Shown: in pieces, positions 9,635 through 18,885 of the stretch
Layout: every line of letters begins with the position of its first letter
Numbering within the stretch: the stretch's first letter is position 1
Assembly: GCA_963663035.1 (NCBI GenBank)
Contig: OY760074.1
Span: 928,001-992,000, forward strand
DNA length: 64,000 bases
Source of the DNA: Acidobacteriota bacterium
GTDB taxonomy: Bacteria; Acidobacteriota; UBA6911; RPQK01; JADFOI01
Direction of reading: 5' to 3'
Notes under the pieces: model-generated
The model's database searches: none
The model's input: the letters and a program-made list of their open reading frames with translations, nothing else
Told to the model about the DNA's origin: nothing
Made by a program: the position numbers and the translations under genes

Positions 9635-10374
9635 GCCGGGAAGAGTCCTCTCCGACCCTCAAAGCCCAGGAACTCCATAAGTCGTATCGCGGAAGAAAAG
9701 TTGTCAACAACGTCAGTTTGGCGATTTCCTCTGGAGAAGTTGTGGGATTGCTGGGACCGAATGGTGCCGGAAAGACCACGACTTTTTACATGATCGTCGG
9801 TCTGACCAACCCAGATAGCGGCAGCGTCTACCTAGGCGGCAAGGAGATTACTTCCTTGCCCATGTACTTGCGGGCAAGAAAGGGCATCAGTTATCTGCCA
9901 CAGGAACCTTCCGTCTTTCGAAAGCTTTCCGTCGAGGACAATCTTTATGCCGTTGCCGAAACACTGGGTCTGGCCGCGGGGATAGCCGATCAGCAGGTGA
10001 GTGAACTCCTGGAAGAATTTGGAATTGCTGGACTGAGAAGAAGTCTTGCCTATACTCTTTCGGGAGGTGAACGAAGACGGCTCGAGATTGCTCGTTCGAT
10101 GATGATGAAGCCTGCATTCATTCTTCTGGATGAGCCTTTCGCGGGAATTGATCCTCTGGCCGTATTGGAGATTCAACGCATTGTCACTCGACTGAAAGCC
10201 AAGAACATTGGTGTCTTGATCACCGATCATAATGTGCGGGAGACTCTGAAGATCACAGACCGGGCCTACATTATCAATGAGGGAACCATCTTTCGAATGG
10301 GCACTCCTGATCTGCTCTCCTCCGATCTTGAGGTGCGTAAAGTTTATCTCGGTGAAAACTTTCGATTATACTGA
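9631..10374 (+). CDS. lptB: LPS export ABC transporter ATPase
   Basis: [55 protein letters not shown]. Confidence 0.97.
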   Translation: MSREESSPTLKAQELHKSYRGRKVVNNVSLAISSGEVVGLLGPNGAGKTTTFYMIVGLTNPDSGSVYLGGKEITSLPMYLRARKGISYLPQEPSVFRKLSVEDNLYAVAETLGLAAGIADQQVSELLEEFGIAGLRRSLAYTLSGGERRRLEIARSMMMKPAFILLDEPFAGIDPLAVLEIQRIVTRLKAKNIGVLITDHNVRETLKITDRAYIINEGTIFRMGTPDLLSSDLEVRKVYLGENFRLY

Positions 10375-10470
10375 GTTAGAGGGAAAGAACAGTGACGGGA
10401 CGAGGTTGAGGCTGGGGTCGTCACTGGGGTCTTCCTTCTTCTCTTGTACGGAAGGTACTGAGGAAATTCA

Positions 10471-11907
10471 ATGAACAAACGTGGTCCTTTAAGGCAGTCT
10501 CTTGGATTGAACCTCTCGCAGCGATTGGTGATGACACCTTCGCTGTTGCAGAAGATTGAACTCCTGACCTTGAATCGACTGGAACTTTCCGATCTGCTGA
10601 ACCAGGAGCTGGCCGAAAACCCCGTTTTAGAGGAAGCGCTGGAAGAACCGGAGGCTGAACCAGGCGAGAGGACAGAGGAAGAGAAAGAGAAAGAGGCCGC
10701 AAAGGAAGAAGACGCATACGACGATTTTGACTATGACTACTTTTTGGGTGAGTATCTGACTCCCAGTTATCGCTCCCCCGATAGGGAGAATAGGAGTGAG
10801 CAGCCCTCCTTCGAACTGTTTCTGGCTACCCCGCCGACATTAAGTGATCATCTGAACTGGCAGCTGGACTTGAATGGAATTCCCTCTGAAATCCGTGAGA
10901 TTGGGTACTTTATCGTCGGGAACATCAATGAAGACGGCTACTTGATGGTCTCCGTCGAGGAGATTGTAGAGTCCCTCCAGGCCTCAAGTGAAAAGGTTGA
11001 AGAGGCCTTGAGCATGGTCCAGAGTCTTGATCCCATAGGCATAGCAAGCAGGAGCCTGCAGGAGTGTCTACTGATTCAAATTCGAGCTGATGGATTGGAG
11101 GGTTCACTGGCCGAGCTACTGGTGCGAGATCACCTTCCCTTGATCCAGGCCAGACAATTTAAGGAACTGGTCAAGCAAGTGGGCTGCAGTCTGGAAGAGA
11201 TCGCGGAGGCCATGGAAACCGTTCGGAGTTATTCGCCCAAGCCGGGCCAAAAGCACAGCCAAGTAAATCCTATATACATCCAGCCGGATGTCCATATCTA
11301 TAAAGTGGATGATGAATACCAAATTGCTCTCAACGATGACGGTATGCCCAAGCTGCGGCTCAGCCGCGCCTATCGTGAACTGCTCAAGGGAAAAAATGTC
11401 TCCAAGGAAACGAAAAGCTTCGTTAAGGAGCGTTTTCGTTCCGCCATCGAGTTGTTGAAAAGTGTGGATCAACGTCAGCAGACCATCTACCGGGCTTGTG
11501 TGGTTATTATCGATCGACAGCGCCAATTTCTGGATCGGGGAGTGAAGTATCTCAAACCGATGTTGATCAAGGATGTGGCGGAAGAGCTGGGTGTGCATTC
11601 CTCCACTGTCAGCCGCGTGGTTTCAAATAAGCACGCCCATACCCCCCAGGGCGTCATTGAGCTTCGGAAGTTCTTCACCAGTGGAATCGAGAGTTCTCAC
11701 GGGGAAGATCTGTCCGTAGTTCAGGTGAAAGAGAGAATCAAAGACATTATTGCCAATGAGGAGACCGACAGGCCTTTCTCTGATCAGAAAATCTCCGAAT
11801 CTCTGAACCTTGATGGGATTCGGATCACACGAAGGACCGTAGCCAAGTATCGCGATCAGATGCACATTCCCGGATCCCGCCAGCGAAAAATGGCCATGCT
11901 GTTTTGA
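10471..11907 (+). CDS. rpoN: RNA polymerase sigma-54 factor
   Basis: Leu/Gln-rich region I, ENPVLE, HSSTVSR HTH, RpoN box TRRTVAKYR. Confidence 0.97.
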   Translation: MNKRGPLRQSLGLNLSQRLVMTPSLLQKIELLTLNRLELSDLLNQELAENPVLEEALEEPEAEPGERTEEEKEKEAAKEEDAYDDFDYDYFLGEYLTPSYRSPDRENRSEQPSFELFLATPPTLSDHLNWQLDLNGIPSEIREIGYFIVGNINEDGYLMVSVEEIVESLQASSEKVEEALSMVQSLDPIGIASRSLQECLLIQIRADGLEGSLAELLVRDHLPLIQARQFKELVKQVGCSLEEIAEAMETVRSYSPKPGQKHSQVNPIYIQPDVHIYKVDDEYQIALNDDGMPKLRLSRAYRELLKGKNVSKETKSFVKERFRSAIELLKSVDQRQQTIYRACVVIIDRQRQFLDRGVKYLKPMLIKDVAEELGVHSSTVSRVVSNKHAHTPQGVIELRKFFTSGIESSHGEDLSVVQVKERIKDIIANEETDRPFSDQKISESLNLDGIRITRRTVAKYRDQMHIPGSRQRKMAMLF

Positions 11908-11916
11908 TGACACTAA

Positions 11917-12906
11917 ATGGCCGCTGAAAAGACCCAGCCTTCAAAGCCGACTACTACCGTTAGGAAATTAAGCGAGTTGTCGAGCCAGGGGCTGCAGCTC
12001 ACGCCGCTCACCGGCGAGGACGCCCTTGACAATTCCATTACCTCGTCCCAAATCCAAAAGCTTGGGCTTGCCCTGTCCGGCTATATCGACTACCTGCATG
12101 AAGGAAGAGTGCAGATGGTCGGCCGGACTGAGATCCATTATCTGGAGACCTTGTCGGCGGCTGATCGAAAGAAAGCTATTGCAGGAATCTTTGCCCGGAA
12201 ACTAGCCTGTGTCGTGATTACCACAGGTCTGAAGGCTCCTTCCGCTCTGGTGAGCAACTGTGAGCGACTGAAAGTCCCGCTGTTTGAGACCGAAGCGGGG
12301 ACTGCGACGGCCATCACTGAGATCACCAGTTTTCTGGCGGAACAACTTTCTCTCAGGAGCACTATTCATGGAGTGCTGATGGAGGTCTATGGACTGGGGG
12401 TCCTACTTTTAGGTCCATCCGGGATAGGGAAGAGCGAATGCGCTCTGGATCTGATCTTAGGGGGGCACCGATTAGTGAGCGATGATCTGGTCATCATCAC
12501 AAAAGGTGGCTCCGGCCGGCTGGTGGGCTCTGGTCCCAGCGATGTTCAGTTCCATATGGAGCTGCGCGGATTGGGAATCATCAACATTAAGGAACTCTTT
12601 GGTGTCTCGGTACTGAGTCCAAAAACGATCATCGATCTTGCCATTGACCTGGTGCCATGGAATGCCGAGGAAGAGTATGATCGCCTGGGTCTGGACGAAA
12701 GACGATACTCCCTGCTGGATGTCTCAGTCCCACTGATCACGATGCCAGTCGCGTCAGGACGAAATCTTGCCACTCTGGTGGAAGTGTCCGTGCGGATTCA
12801 AATGCTGAGAAACCAGGGATACAGCCCTTCCAGTGACTTCTTTAAGCGCTTGGATGAACGTCTGAGAGTCCCTCGGTCGCCCGCCGATGAAGCATGGCCT
12901 CTGTAA
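11917..12906 (+). CDS. hprK: HPr kinase/phosphorylase
   Basis: HGVL, GPSGIGKSECAL, LVSDD, MELRGLGII, GRNLA. Confidence 0.96.
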   Translation: MAAEKTQPSKPTTTVRKLSELSSQGLQLTPLTGEDALDNSITSSQIQKLGLALSGYIDYLHEGRVQMVGRTEIHYLETLSAADRKKAIAGIFARKLACVVITTGLKAPSALVSNCERLKVPLFETEAGTATAITEITSFLAEQLSLRSTIHGVLMEVYGLGVLLLGPSGIGKSECALDLILGGHRLVSDDLVIITKGGSGRLVGSGPSDVQFHMELRGLGIINIKELFGVSVLSPKTIIDLAIDLVPWNAEEEYDRLGLDERRYSLLDVSVPLITMPVASGRNLATLVEVSVRIQMLRNQGYSPSSDFFKRLDERLRVPRSPADEAWPL

Positions 12907-13769
12907 GGCTGCCCTCACTCGTTATCATCACCGGAATGAGCGGCTCCGGGAAGCATACCGCTTGCAAGGCCTTTGAGGATTTGGGTTATTTCTGCGTAGA
13001 CAACCTTCCCACCTCCTTAATCTCCCCACTCGTCCAGATGTCAACTGCATCGGGAGGGGAGATCCAGGAGCTGGCCATTGTTCTGGACGTGCGGCTCAGG
13101 GAATCCCTTGCCGGCTTTGAAAAGCTCTTTAGCCAGATCAAGCTGTTGTCCAAGGTCTCGACGCTTCTCTTCGTCGATGCCTCCGATGAGGTTTTGGCGA
13201 GAAGGTTTGGTGAGACGCGGCGTGTTCACCCGCTTGCCCATGATCAATCTCTTATGGAGGGCATTGGGGCTGAACGAAGAAAGCTCTCCGCTATCCGGGA
13301 CCAGGCAAACTTGGTGATCGAAACCAGTGAGTTTTCTGTTCACGATCTCTGCAACTTCATCTACCAGAGATTCCAGCAGAAGGGCAGAGCAGAGAGCCTC
13401 AACATTTCCGTGGTCAGCTTCGGCTTCAAGTACGGCATTCCTCTCAATTCCGAGTTGGTCTTCGATATGCGATTTCTTCCCAATCCCAATTTTGTTCCCT
13501 CGCTCAGTGATCAAACGGGCAATGATCCAAGCGTGGTGAGCTATATGCTGAAGCAGCCGGAAACCGAGGAGATCTTGGGCAGAATTCACGATATGTTAAA
13601 ATACCTGCTGCCCAAATATGGAAGGGAAGGAAAGAAATATCTCACCATCTCCATCGGTTGCACTGGCGGAAGGCACCGTTCAGTCATGGTAGCCAATGAG
13701 TTGCAGAAACGGCTGACGAAAGAAGGCCGCACGGTTAGTCTGATTCATCGGGACTTGCACTGCGAATGA
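12894..13769 (+). CDS. rapZ: RNase adapter RapZ / P-loop ATPase
   Basis: GMSGSGK, CVDNLP, ETRRVHPL, SFGFKYG, RFLPNP, IGCTGGRHRSV. Confidence 0.95.
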   Translation: MASVRLPSLVIITGMSGSGKHTACKAFEDLGYFCVDNLPTSLISPLVQMSTASGGEIQELAIVLDVRLRESLAGFEKLFSQIKLLSKVSTLLFVDASDEVLARRFGETRRVHPLAHDQSLMEGIGAERRKLSAIRDQANLVIETSEFSVHDLCNFIYQRFQQKGRAESLNISVVSFGFKYGIPLNSELVFDMRFLPNPNFVPSLSDQTGNDPSVVSYMLKQPETEEILGRIHDMLKYLLPKYGREGKKYLTISIGCTGGRHRSVMVANELQKRLTKEGRTVSLIHRDLHCE

Positions 13770-14179
13770 CACAGGATCTTTTAGTGGGTGCGGTGGTTGT
13801 CACACATGGTCAACTAGGTCAGGAACTCGTGGCTGTGGCACAGACCATTGTGGGTGAGACCTCGCACATTGAGGCTGTCTCCATTGGTTGGAATGATGAT
13901 GTTGAGGAATCCAAAAAACGGATCGAGGAGGCCGTCCAAAAGGTCGATCAAGGGAAGGGTGTCGTCATTCTCACGGACATGTTCGGGGGCACTCCTTCTA
14001 ATCTGTCCCTTCCTCTGTTGCAAAGGAATGAGTTAGAAATCATCACAGGCGTTAATCTGCCCATGGTCATCAAACTCGTGGATCAGTCTGGCAAAGATTC
14101 GTTGTTGGAGTTGGTATCCAAAGTGACGGCAGAGGGACAAAAGCACATCTCCATCGCCAGCGAACTTTTGGGAGAATGA
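13766..14179 (+). CDS. PTS mannose-family EIIA component
   Basis: VVTHG, LTDMFGGTPSN, GVNLPM. Confidence 0.92.
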   Translation: MTQDLLVGAVVVTHGQLGQELVAVAQTIVGETSHIEAVSIGWNDDVEESKKRIEEAVQKVDQGKGVVILTDMFGGTPSNLSLPLLQRNELEIITGVNLPMVIKLVDQSGKDSLLELVSKVTAEGQKHISIASELLGE

Positions 14180-14451
14180 TTCGAAAAACCCTTCGAATCG
14201 AGAGTGAATTGGGTCTGCACGCGCGGGCTGCTGCCAAGCTGGTGAAACTCGCCTCCCGATTCGAGTCGGACGTCAAGTTGTCACGACTGAACTCTCAGCA
14301 AGAAGTTGACGCCAAAAGCATTTTGGGAATTCTGCTCCTGGCCGCCTCACAAGGGACTGAACTTCAAGTCACCACCAATGGAAGTGACGAGAAAGAGGCT
14401 ATGGAAGCGGTGGTGGAATTAGTGAAGAGCCGATTTGGTGAAGAGAAATGA
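14176..14451 (+). CDS. ptsH: Phosphocarrier protein HPr
   Basis: GLHARAA (His15) and DAKSIL (Ser46). Confidence 0.95.
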   Translation: MIRKTLRIESELGLHARAAAKLVKLASRFESDVKLSRLNSQQEVDAKSILGILLLAASQGTELQVTTNGSDEKEAMEAVVELVKSRFGEEK

Positions 14452-16193
14452 GCAAAGTCACAAGGGATACTTCCTCTCAGGGTTTATCCGGTGTTGGACT
14501 TTCCCCGGGGATCGCCGTTGGCACTGCCTATGAAGTAGAGTCTCCCAGCGCAGCCTTCCATCCCATCGGTATCGCCAAGAAGGATGTCCCCCGCCAGTTG
14601 AAGCGACTTCGTGCCGCCTTGAAAGAGTCAGAGCGGCAGTTACAGAAGGCTAAAGAGAAGTTTGAGGCTGAGCTTCCCAAAGAGCACTCCCACATCATCG
14701 ATGCCCATCTGTTGATACTGGAAGATCATCAACTCTTGGGGGAAATCGAAGAAAAGATTCAAAAGGAGCTGCAGAGTCCAGAGCGTGCGGTTCGAGAAGC
14801 AGCTCAGAATTGGATTTCCGTTTATCGTTCCTTGGAGGATCCCTTTTTTCGGGAGCGTGGTTCGGACGTGGAAGAGGTCGTGCAGCGTATTATCTCTAAT
14901 CTCACGGAACTGGAGCCGCAAGTTACGGACGGTTTACCTGAGGATCTGATTCTGGTGGCCTCTGAGGCGAGCCTGTTCCTTCTGGTCGAATATCCCCTGG
15001 AGCGGATCAAGGGACTGGTTGTCAAAAAGGGTGGAACGACTTCGCACGGCATCATTATTGCCCGGTCCTATCAGATTCCTGTGGTTTCAGGGATCCAGAA
15101 TTTCGAGGAAGTGATTCATACTGGCGACACCCTCATTGTGGATGGCACAACAGGAGTTGTCATAGTCCGGCCTACCGGCAGGGAAATGAAAAGCTGCCGA
15201 GCTCGAATCAAGAAGCAGGAGAAACGCCGTCTGACGCTGGTGGGAGATCAGGAACCGTGTGTGACCTCCGACGGCCGGCGGATCTTCCTGTACACAAATG
15301 CTGAGATCGGCAGTGAGGTGACCGTTGGAATGAGACTGGGCGGTGGAGGGATCGGTCTGTTTCGCTCAGAGTACATCTACATGAAAGACAAGAAAGAACC
15401 TGTGAGTGAAGAGGAGCAATTCAAGATTTATAGGAAGCTGGCTGAGGAGGTGGGTGATCGTCCCGCCTTTATCAGAACATTGGACTTCGGGGAGGAGAGA
15501 CATCCCTATTTTACCCCTATCCTGGGTGAAACTGAGACTGCGCTTGGCTTGCGCGGAATTCGTCTGAGCTTGAAGTATCCCGAAATCTATACAGAACAGA
15601 TCCGGGCAATTCTGCGAGCCAGTGCCTACGGAAATCTGAAGATCGTCCTGCCCATGATCTCAAGTGTGGATGAAGTTTTAGAGGCCAGACGGCTTATTCA
15701 CGCGGCTCAAGAAGAGCTTCTCCGAGAAGGCGTTGCCATCAACAGGCAGATTGAGGTTGGTGTTATGCTGGAAGTCCCAGCGGCCATCATTCTGTTGGAG
15801 GCGCTTTGCGCCCATGCGGATTTCTTTGCGGTTGGCACCAACGATCTGATTCAGTATACCCTGGCGGCAGGCCGGGCTGATGATCGCATTGCCGACCTGT
15901 TTAATCCCTTACATCCAGCTGTTTTGAAAAGCCTTGCTCGGGTTGCCCGGGTGGCAGAAGAGGAAGATTCCATGGCCCTCGTTTGCGGTGAAATTGCTTC
16001 CCATCCTGTCTATGCGCGTCTTCTGATCGGAATGGGTTTTCGGCATCTTTCCATGAGCCCCTTTGCCATTCCGGAGGTCAAACAGAGGCTGAGAGAGACT
16101 TCTTACCTTGAGGCATGTGCGATGGTGGAGGATGTGCTGAGACAGCCCACCTTGAGTGGGGTGGAAAGCTGTGTCAAGCTGACTGAGAACTGA
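14448..16193 (+). CDS. ptsI: PTS enzyme I
   Basis: GGTTSH, GIGLFRSE, LGLRGIR, MLEVP, VGTNDLIQY, VCGE. Confidence 0.95.
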   Translation: MSKVTRDTSSQGLSGVGLSPGIAVGTAYEVESPSAAFHPIGIAKKDVPRQLKRLRAALKESERQLQKAKEKFEAELPKEHSHIIDAHLLILEDHQLLGEIEEKIQKELQSPERAVREAAQNWISVYRSLEDPFFRERGSDVEEVVQRIISNLTELEPQVTDGLPEDLILVASEASLFLLVEYPLERIKGLVVKKGGTTSHGIIIARSYQIPVVSGIQNFEEVIHTGDTLIVDGTTGVVIVRPTGREMKSCRARIKKQEKRRLTLVGDQEPCVTSDGRRIFLYTNAEIGSEVTVGMRLGGGGIGLFRSEYIYMKDKKEPVSEEEQFKIYRKLAEEVGDRPAFIRTLDFGEERHPYFTPILGETETALGLRGIRLSLKYPEIYTEQIRAILRASAYGNLKIVLPMISSVDEVLEARRLIHAAQEELLREGVAINRQIEVGVMLEVPAAIILLEALCAHADFFAVGTNDLIQYTLAAGRADDRIADLFNPLHPAVLKSLARVARVAEEEDSMALVCGEIASHPVYARLLIGMGFRHLSMSPFAIPEVKQRLRETSYLEACAMVEDVLRQPTLSGVESCVKLTEN

Positions 16194-16228
16194 GGCAGCG
16201 GTCAGTGGTCAGCGGTCAGGTGTTACCC

Positions 16229-16786
16229 ATGGTATCGGCGAATCAACTCACAATTTTGCGGATGGCGTTCGTGCCGGTCTTCGTGCTGCTGATCGTCTAC
16301 AACTTCTTTGGTGGGGCCTTGGCTGTCTTCCTCCTGGCCGGTGTGACCGATCTATTGGACGGCTTCATTGCTCGGAAGTTTGGTCAGAAAACGCCCCTTG
16401 GCGCTTTTCTGGATCCGATTGCCGACAAGTTGCTGCTGGCCAGCTCCTTCATCCTGCTCTCGCTGAATGCTCTTGAGCTGGGCGTGATGATTCCTCTTTG
16501 GCTGACCATCACGGTGCTGGGCCGAGATGTCCTGCTAATCGTGAGTGTTGTCATCATCAACCTGACCATGGGGAGACACTTGTTTCCTCCCTCCATCTAT
16601 GGAAAGGCGACGACATTCTCCCAATTACTGACCGTGCTGTTGGTCCTGGTGACAAACGCTCTGCAAGTCAACATACCTTTTCTGGCCATCGTTTTCTATC
16701 TGACGTTTGCCTTGACCGTCATCTCCGGATTGCAATATCTGGTCAGGGGCCTCAAGCTCTTTGAGTATAATCAGGAAGAAGGTTGA
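16229..16786 (+). CDS. CDP-alcohol phosphatidyltransferase (PgsA-like)
   Basis: ANQLTILR and DLLDGFIARKFGQKTPLGAFLDPIADK signature. Confidence 0.92.
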   Translation: MVSANQLTILRMAFVPVFVLLIVYNFFGGALAVFLLAGVTDLLDGFIARKFGQKTPLGAFLDPIADKLLLASSFILLSLNALELGVMIPLWLTITVLGRDVLLIVSVVIINLTMGRHLFPPSIYGKATTFSQLLTVLLVLVTNALQVNIPFLAIVFYLTFALTVISGLQYLVRGLKLFEYNQEEG

Positions 16787-16787
16787 A

Positions 16788-17573
16788 ATGAGTGAGTTCA
16801 AAATCCTGAAGATTGAAGTAGAAAATCAGATCGCTCTCCTCACCATCAGCCAACCCAAGGTGTTGAATGCTCTGAACGAGACCACCATGGAGGAACTGGA
16901 AAGCGCTTTTGGCAACAGGCTGAAGGAGGCCGATGTGGGGGCCATCATCCTGACGGGCGCTGGAGAGAAGGCTTTCGTAGCGGGTGCCGACATCAAGGAA
17001 CTGGCTCAGCTCAACCCCCTGGATGCCAGACTCAAAGCCCTTCGCGGACATGAGCTTTTGGAGTTGATTGAAGGATTTCCCAAGCCGGTTATTGCCGCCG
17101 TCAATGGCTATTGTCTGGGGGGCGGATGTGAGCTGGCTCTGGCCTGTCATCTGCGAATCGCCTCTGAGAACGCTCAGTTCGGCCTGCCCGAGGTCAAGTT
17201 AGGGTTGATTCCCGGATACGGCGGAACCCAGCGATTGCCTAGGCTGGTGGGAAAGGGTAGGGCCATGGAGATGATCCTTTCCGGAGAGAGTATAAGCGCC
17301 CAGGAGGCGGCCAGGATCGGACTGGTCAACAGTGTTGTCCCCAGGGAGGAGCTGATCCCAAAGTGTCGCGAGTTGGCGGAGAAGATTCTCCGCAATGCTC
17401 CACTTGCTGTACGATATTCCATCGAGGCCATCAACGCTGGGCTGGAGATGCCTTTGCAAGAAGCAACCCGGTTGGAAGCCTCCTTCTTTGGCCTCTCCTG
17501 TGCCACAGAAGATATGAGGGAAGGGACCCGAGCTTTCACAGAAAAGAGAAAACCTCAATTCAAGGGAAGCTAA
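16788..17573 (+). CDS. Enoyl-CoA hydratase/crotonase
   Basis: FVAGADI, GGGCELALAC, PEVKLGLIPGYGGTQRL. Confidence 0.94.
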   Translation: MSEFKILKIEVENQIALLTISQPKVLNALNETTMEELESAFGNRLKEADVGAIILTGAGEKAFVAGADIKELAQLNPLDARLKALRGHELLELIEGFPKPVIAAVNGYCLGGGCELALACHLRIASENAQFGLPEVKLGLIPGYGGTQRLPRLVGKGRAMEMILSGESISAQEAARIGLVNSVVPREELIPKCRELAEKILRNAPLAVRYSIEAINAGLEMPLQEATRLEASFFGLSCATEDMREGTRAFTEKRKPQFKGS

Positions 17574-17847
17574 GTGCCTCGTTTCATAAATACGATGACG
17601 TTTGCTGATGGGTTTTGCGAGGCGAGGTCAAGGAGAGAGGAGGAGGCGATGTCAGGGACATCGGCGACGACGAGAGACACAGAGATCGCCCGCAACCCCC
17701 ATCAGCCCAAAGGGTGGCGGCGGGACGGCATCGATTTCTTTGTCGCTCCTCCTCCGCGATGCGCACAGACATCGTGTCGTCGTCGCTTCGCGAACTCGAC
17801 GCCGTCGCGCTCGCCACAAACGTCACCGTATTTATGAAGCGAGGCAC
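17574..17847. mobile_element. MITE family B (274 bp, about 31-bp TIRs, TAA duplication)
   Basis: GTGCCTCGTTTCATAAATACGATGACGTTTG vs reverse complement of right end GTGCCTCGCTTCATAAATACGGTGACGTTTG; TAA at 17571-17573 and 17848-17850. Confidence 0.88.
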
Positions 17848-17852
17848 TAAGT

Positions 17853-18329
17853 ATGAAAGACTTTGCCGGGAAGATGGAGTCCAAGGGGTTAAAGATAGGA
17901 ATCGTGGTCAGTCGATTCAATGAGATGATCACGGAAAAACTACTCGCGGGAGCGCTGGACACTTTGCGGGAAACGGGAATTGCAGAGCAAGACATTACCC
18001 TGGTACGGGTGCCGGGAAGCTTCGAAATCCCGGTAGCTTCCCAGCGACTGGCAGAGACGGGAAAGCTGGAGGCGATTATTTGCCTGGGCGCTGTGATTCG
18101 GGGGCAGACACCGCATTTCGAGTACATCAGCTCACAGGTCGCTCACGGGATCAGCCAGGTCGCTCTGAAATATGATCTTCCCGTAACCTTTGGCGTCATC
18201 ACTGCTGACACGGTCGAGCAGGCCCTGGCTCGAGCGGGGGTGAAACACGCAAACAAGGGCAGTGAGGCAGCGATCAGCGCGGTTCAAATGGCCAATCTTT
18301 TCAAGCAGCTGGCAGAAGAGGAGAAGTGA
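17853..18329 (+). CDS. ribH: 6,7-dimethyl-8-ribityllumazine synthase
   Basis: VSRFN, VPGSFEIP, LGAVIRGQTPHFEYI, NKGSEAA. Confidence 0.97.
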   Translation: MKDFAGKMESKGLKIGIVVSRFNEMITEKLLAGALDTLRETGIAEQDITLVRVPGSFEIPVASQRLAETGKLEAIICLGAVIRGQTPHFEYISSQVAHGISQVALKYDLPVTFGVITADTVEQALARAGVKHANKGSEAAISAVQMANLFKQLAEEEK

Positions 18330-18446
18330 GGAGTCAGGAGGCAGGAGAACAGATTTCAAATCTGTTTGGGATTTGGGATTTGGAATTTGGAGTTTCCGAC
18401 GGTCTTGGGCCGGCGGTGTCAGGTGTCAGCTGTCAGTTGTCAGGTG
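18330..18446. repeat. Concatenated heptamer tandem repeats
   Basis: AGGAGTC/AGGAGGC, then (GATTTGG)n, then (GTCAGNT)4. Confidence 0.75.
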
Positions 18447-18453
18447 CCCCCCC

Positions 18454-18885
18454 ATGAGCAGCAGGAGGAAAGAACGTGAGTTGGCTCTGCAGCTGCTGTT
18501 TCAGCAGGATTTCAGCCATTTGACAGTGGAGGAAATCTTAGAAATTTTCTGGGAGGTGAATCCTGTCGATCCGGAGGACCGCGAGTTTGCCGAGCTTTTA
18601 TTTAGGAAAGCCTCTGAACATCGATCTCTGATCGATGAGCTCATTGGCCGGCATGCTCAACATTGGCGGTTGGAGCGGATGCCCGCAGTTGATCGGAATA
18701 TTCTGCGCTTGGCGGTGAGCGAGTTTCTCTACGCTGAGACACCTCAGATTGTGGTGATTGATGAGGCCATTGAGATTGCTCGCCGCTTCAGCACAAGCGA
18801 TTCCACCCAATTTGTAAACGGAGTCCTGGATGCCGTTCGGGAGGAAATAAACCATCCACCCGTCAGCGAAAGTCATCATGGGTGA
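18454..18885 (+). CDS. nusB: Transcription antitermination factor NusB
   Basis: RRKERELALQLLF, WRLERM, DRNILRL, IDEAIEIA, FVNGVLD. Confidence 0.96.
   Translation: MSSRRKERELALQLLFQQDFSHLTVEEILEIFWEVNPVDPEDREFAELLFRKASEHRSLIDELIGRHAQHWRLERMPAVDRNILRLAVSEFLYAETPQIVVIDEAIEIARRFSTSDSTQFVNGVLDAVREEINHPPVSESHHG

Noticed and set aside
17574-17847. FMN riboswitch upstream of ribH
   Set aside because: No RFN consensus segments; terminal inverted repeats and a TAA duplication identify it as a MITE.
17574-17850. MPRFINT ORFs and 47185-47505 ORFs as real proteins
   Set aside because: They arise from MITE sequence on both strands and show no protein-family features.
18262-18453. N-terminal extensions of nusB (also selA 51362-51499, purH 51770-51814, LptC/A 7181-7273, RDD 59307-59501)
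   Set aside because: They translate repeats or promoter DNA; family homology begins at the downstream starts.
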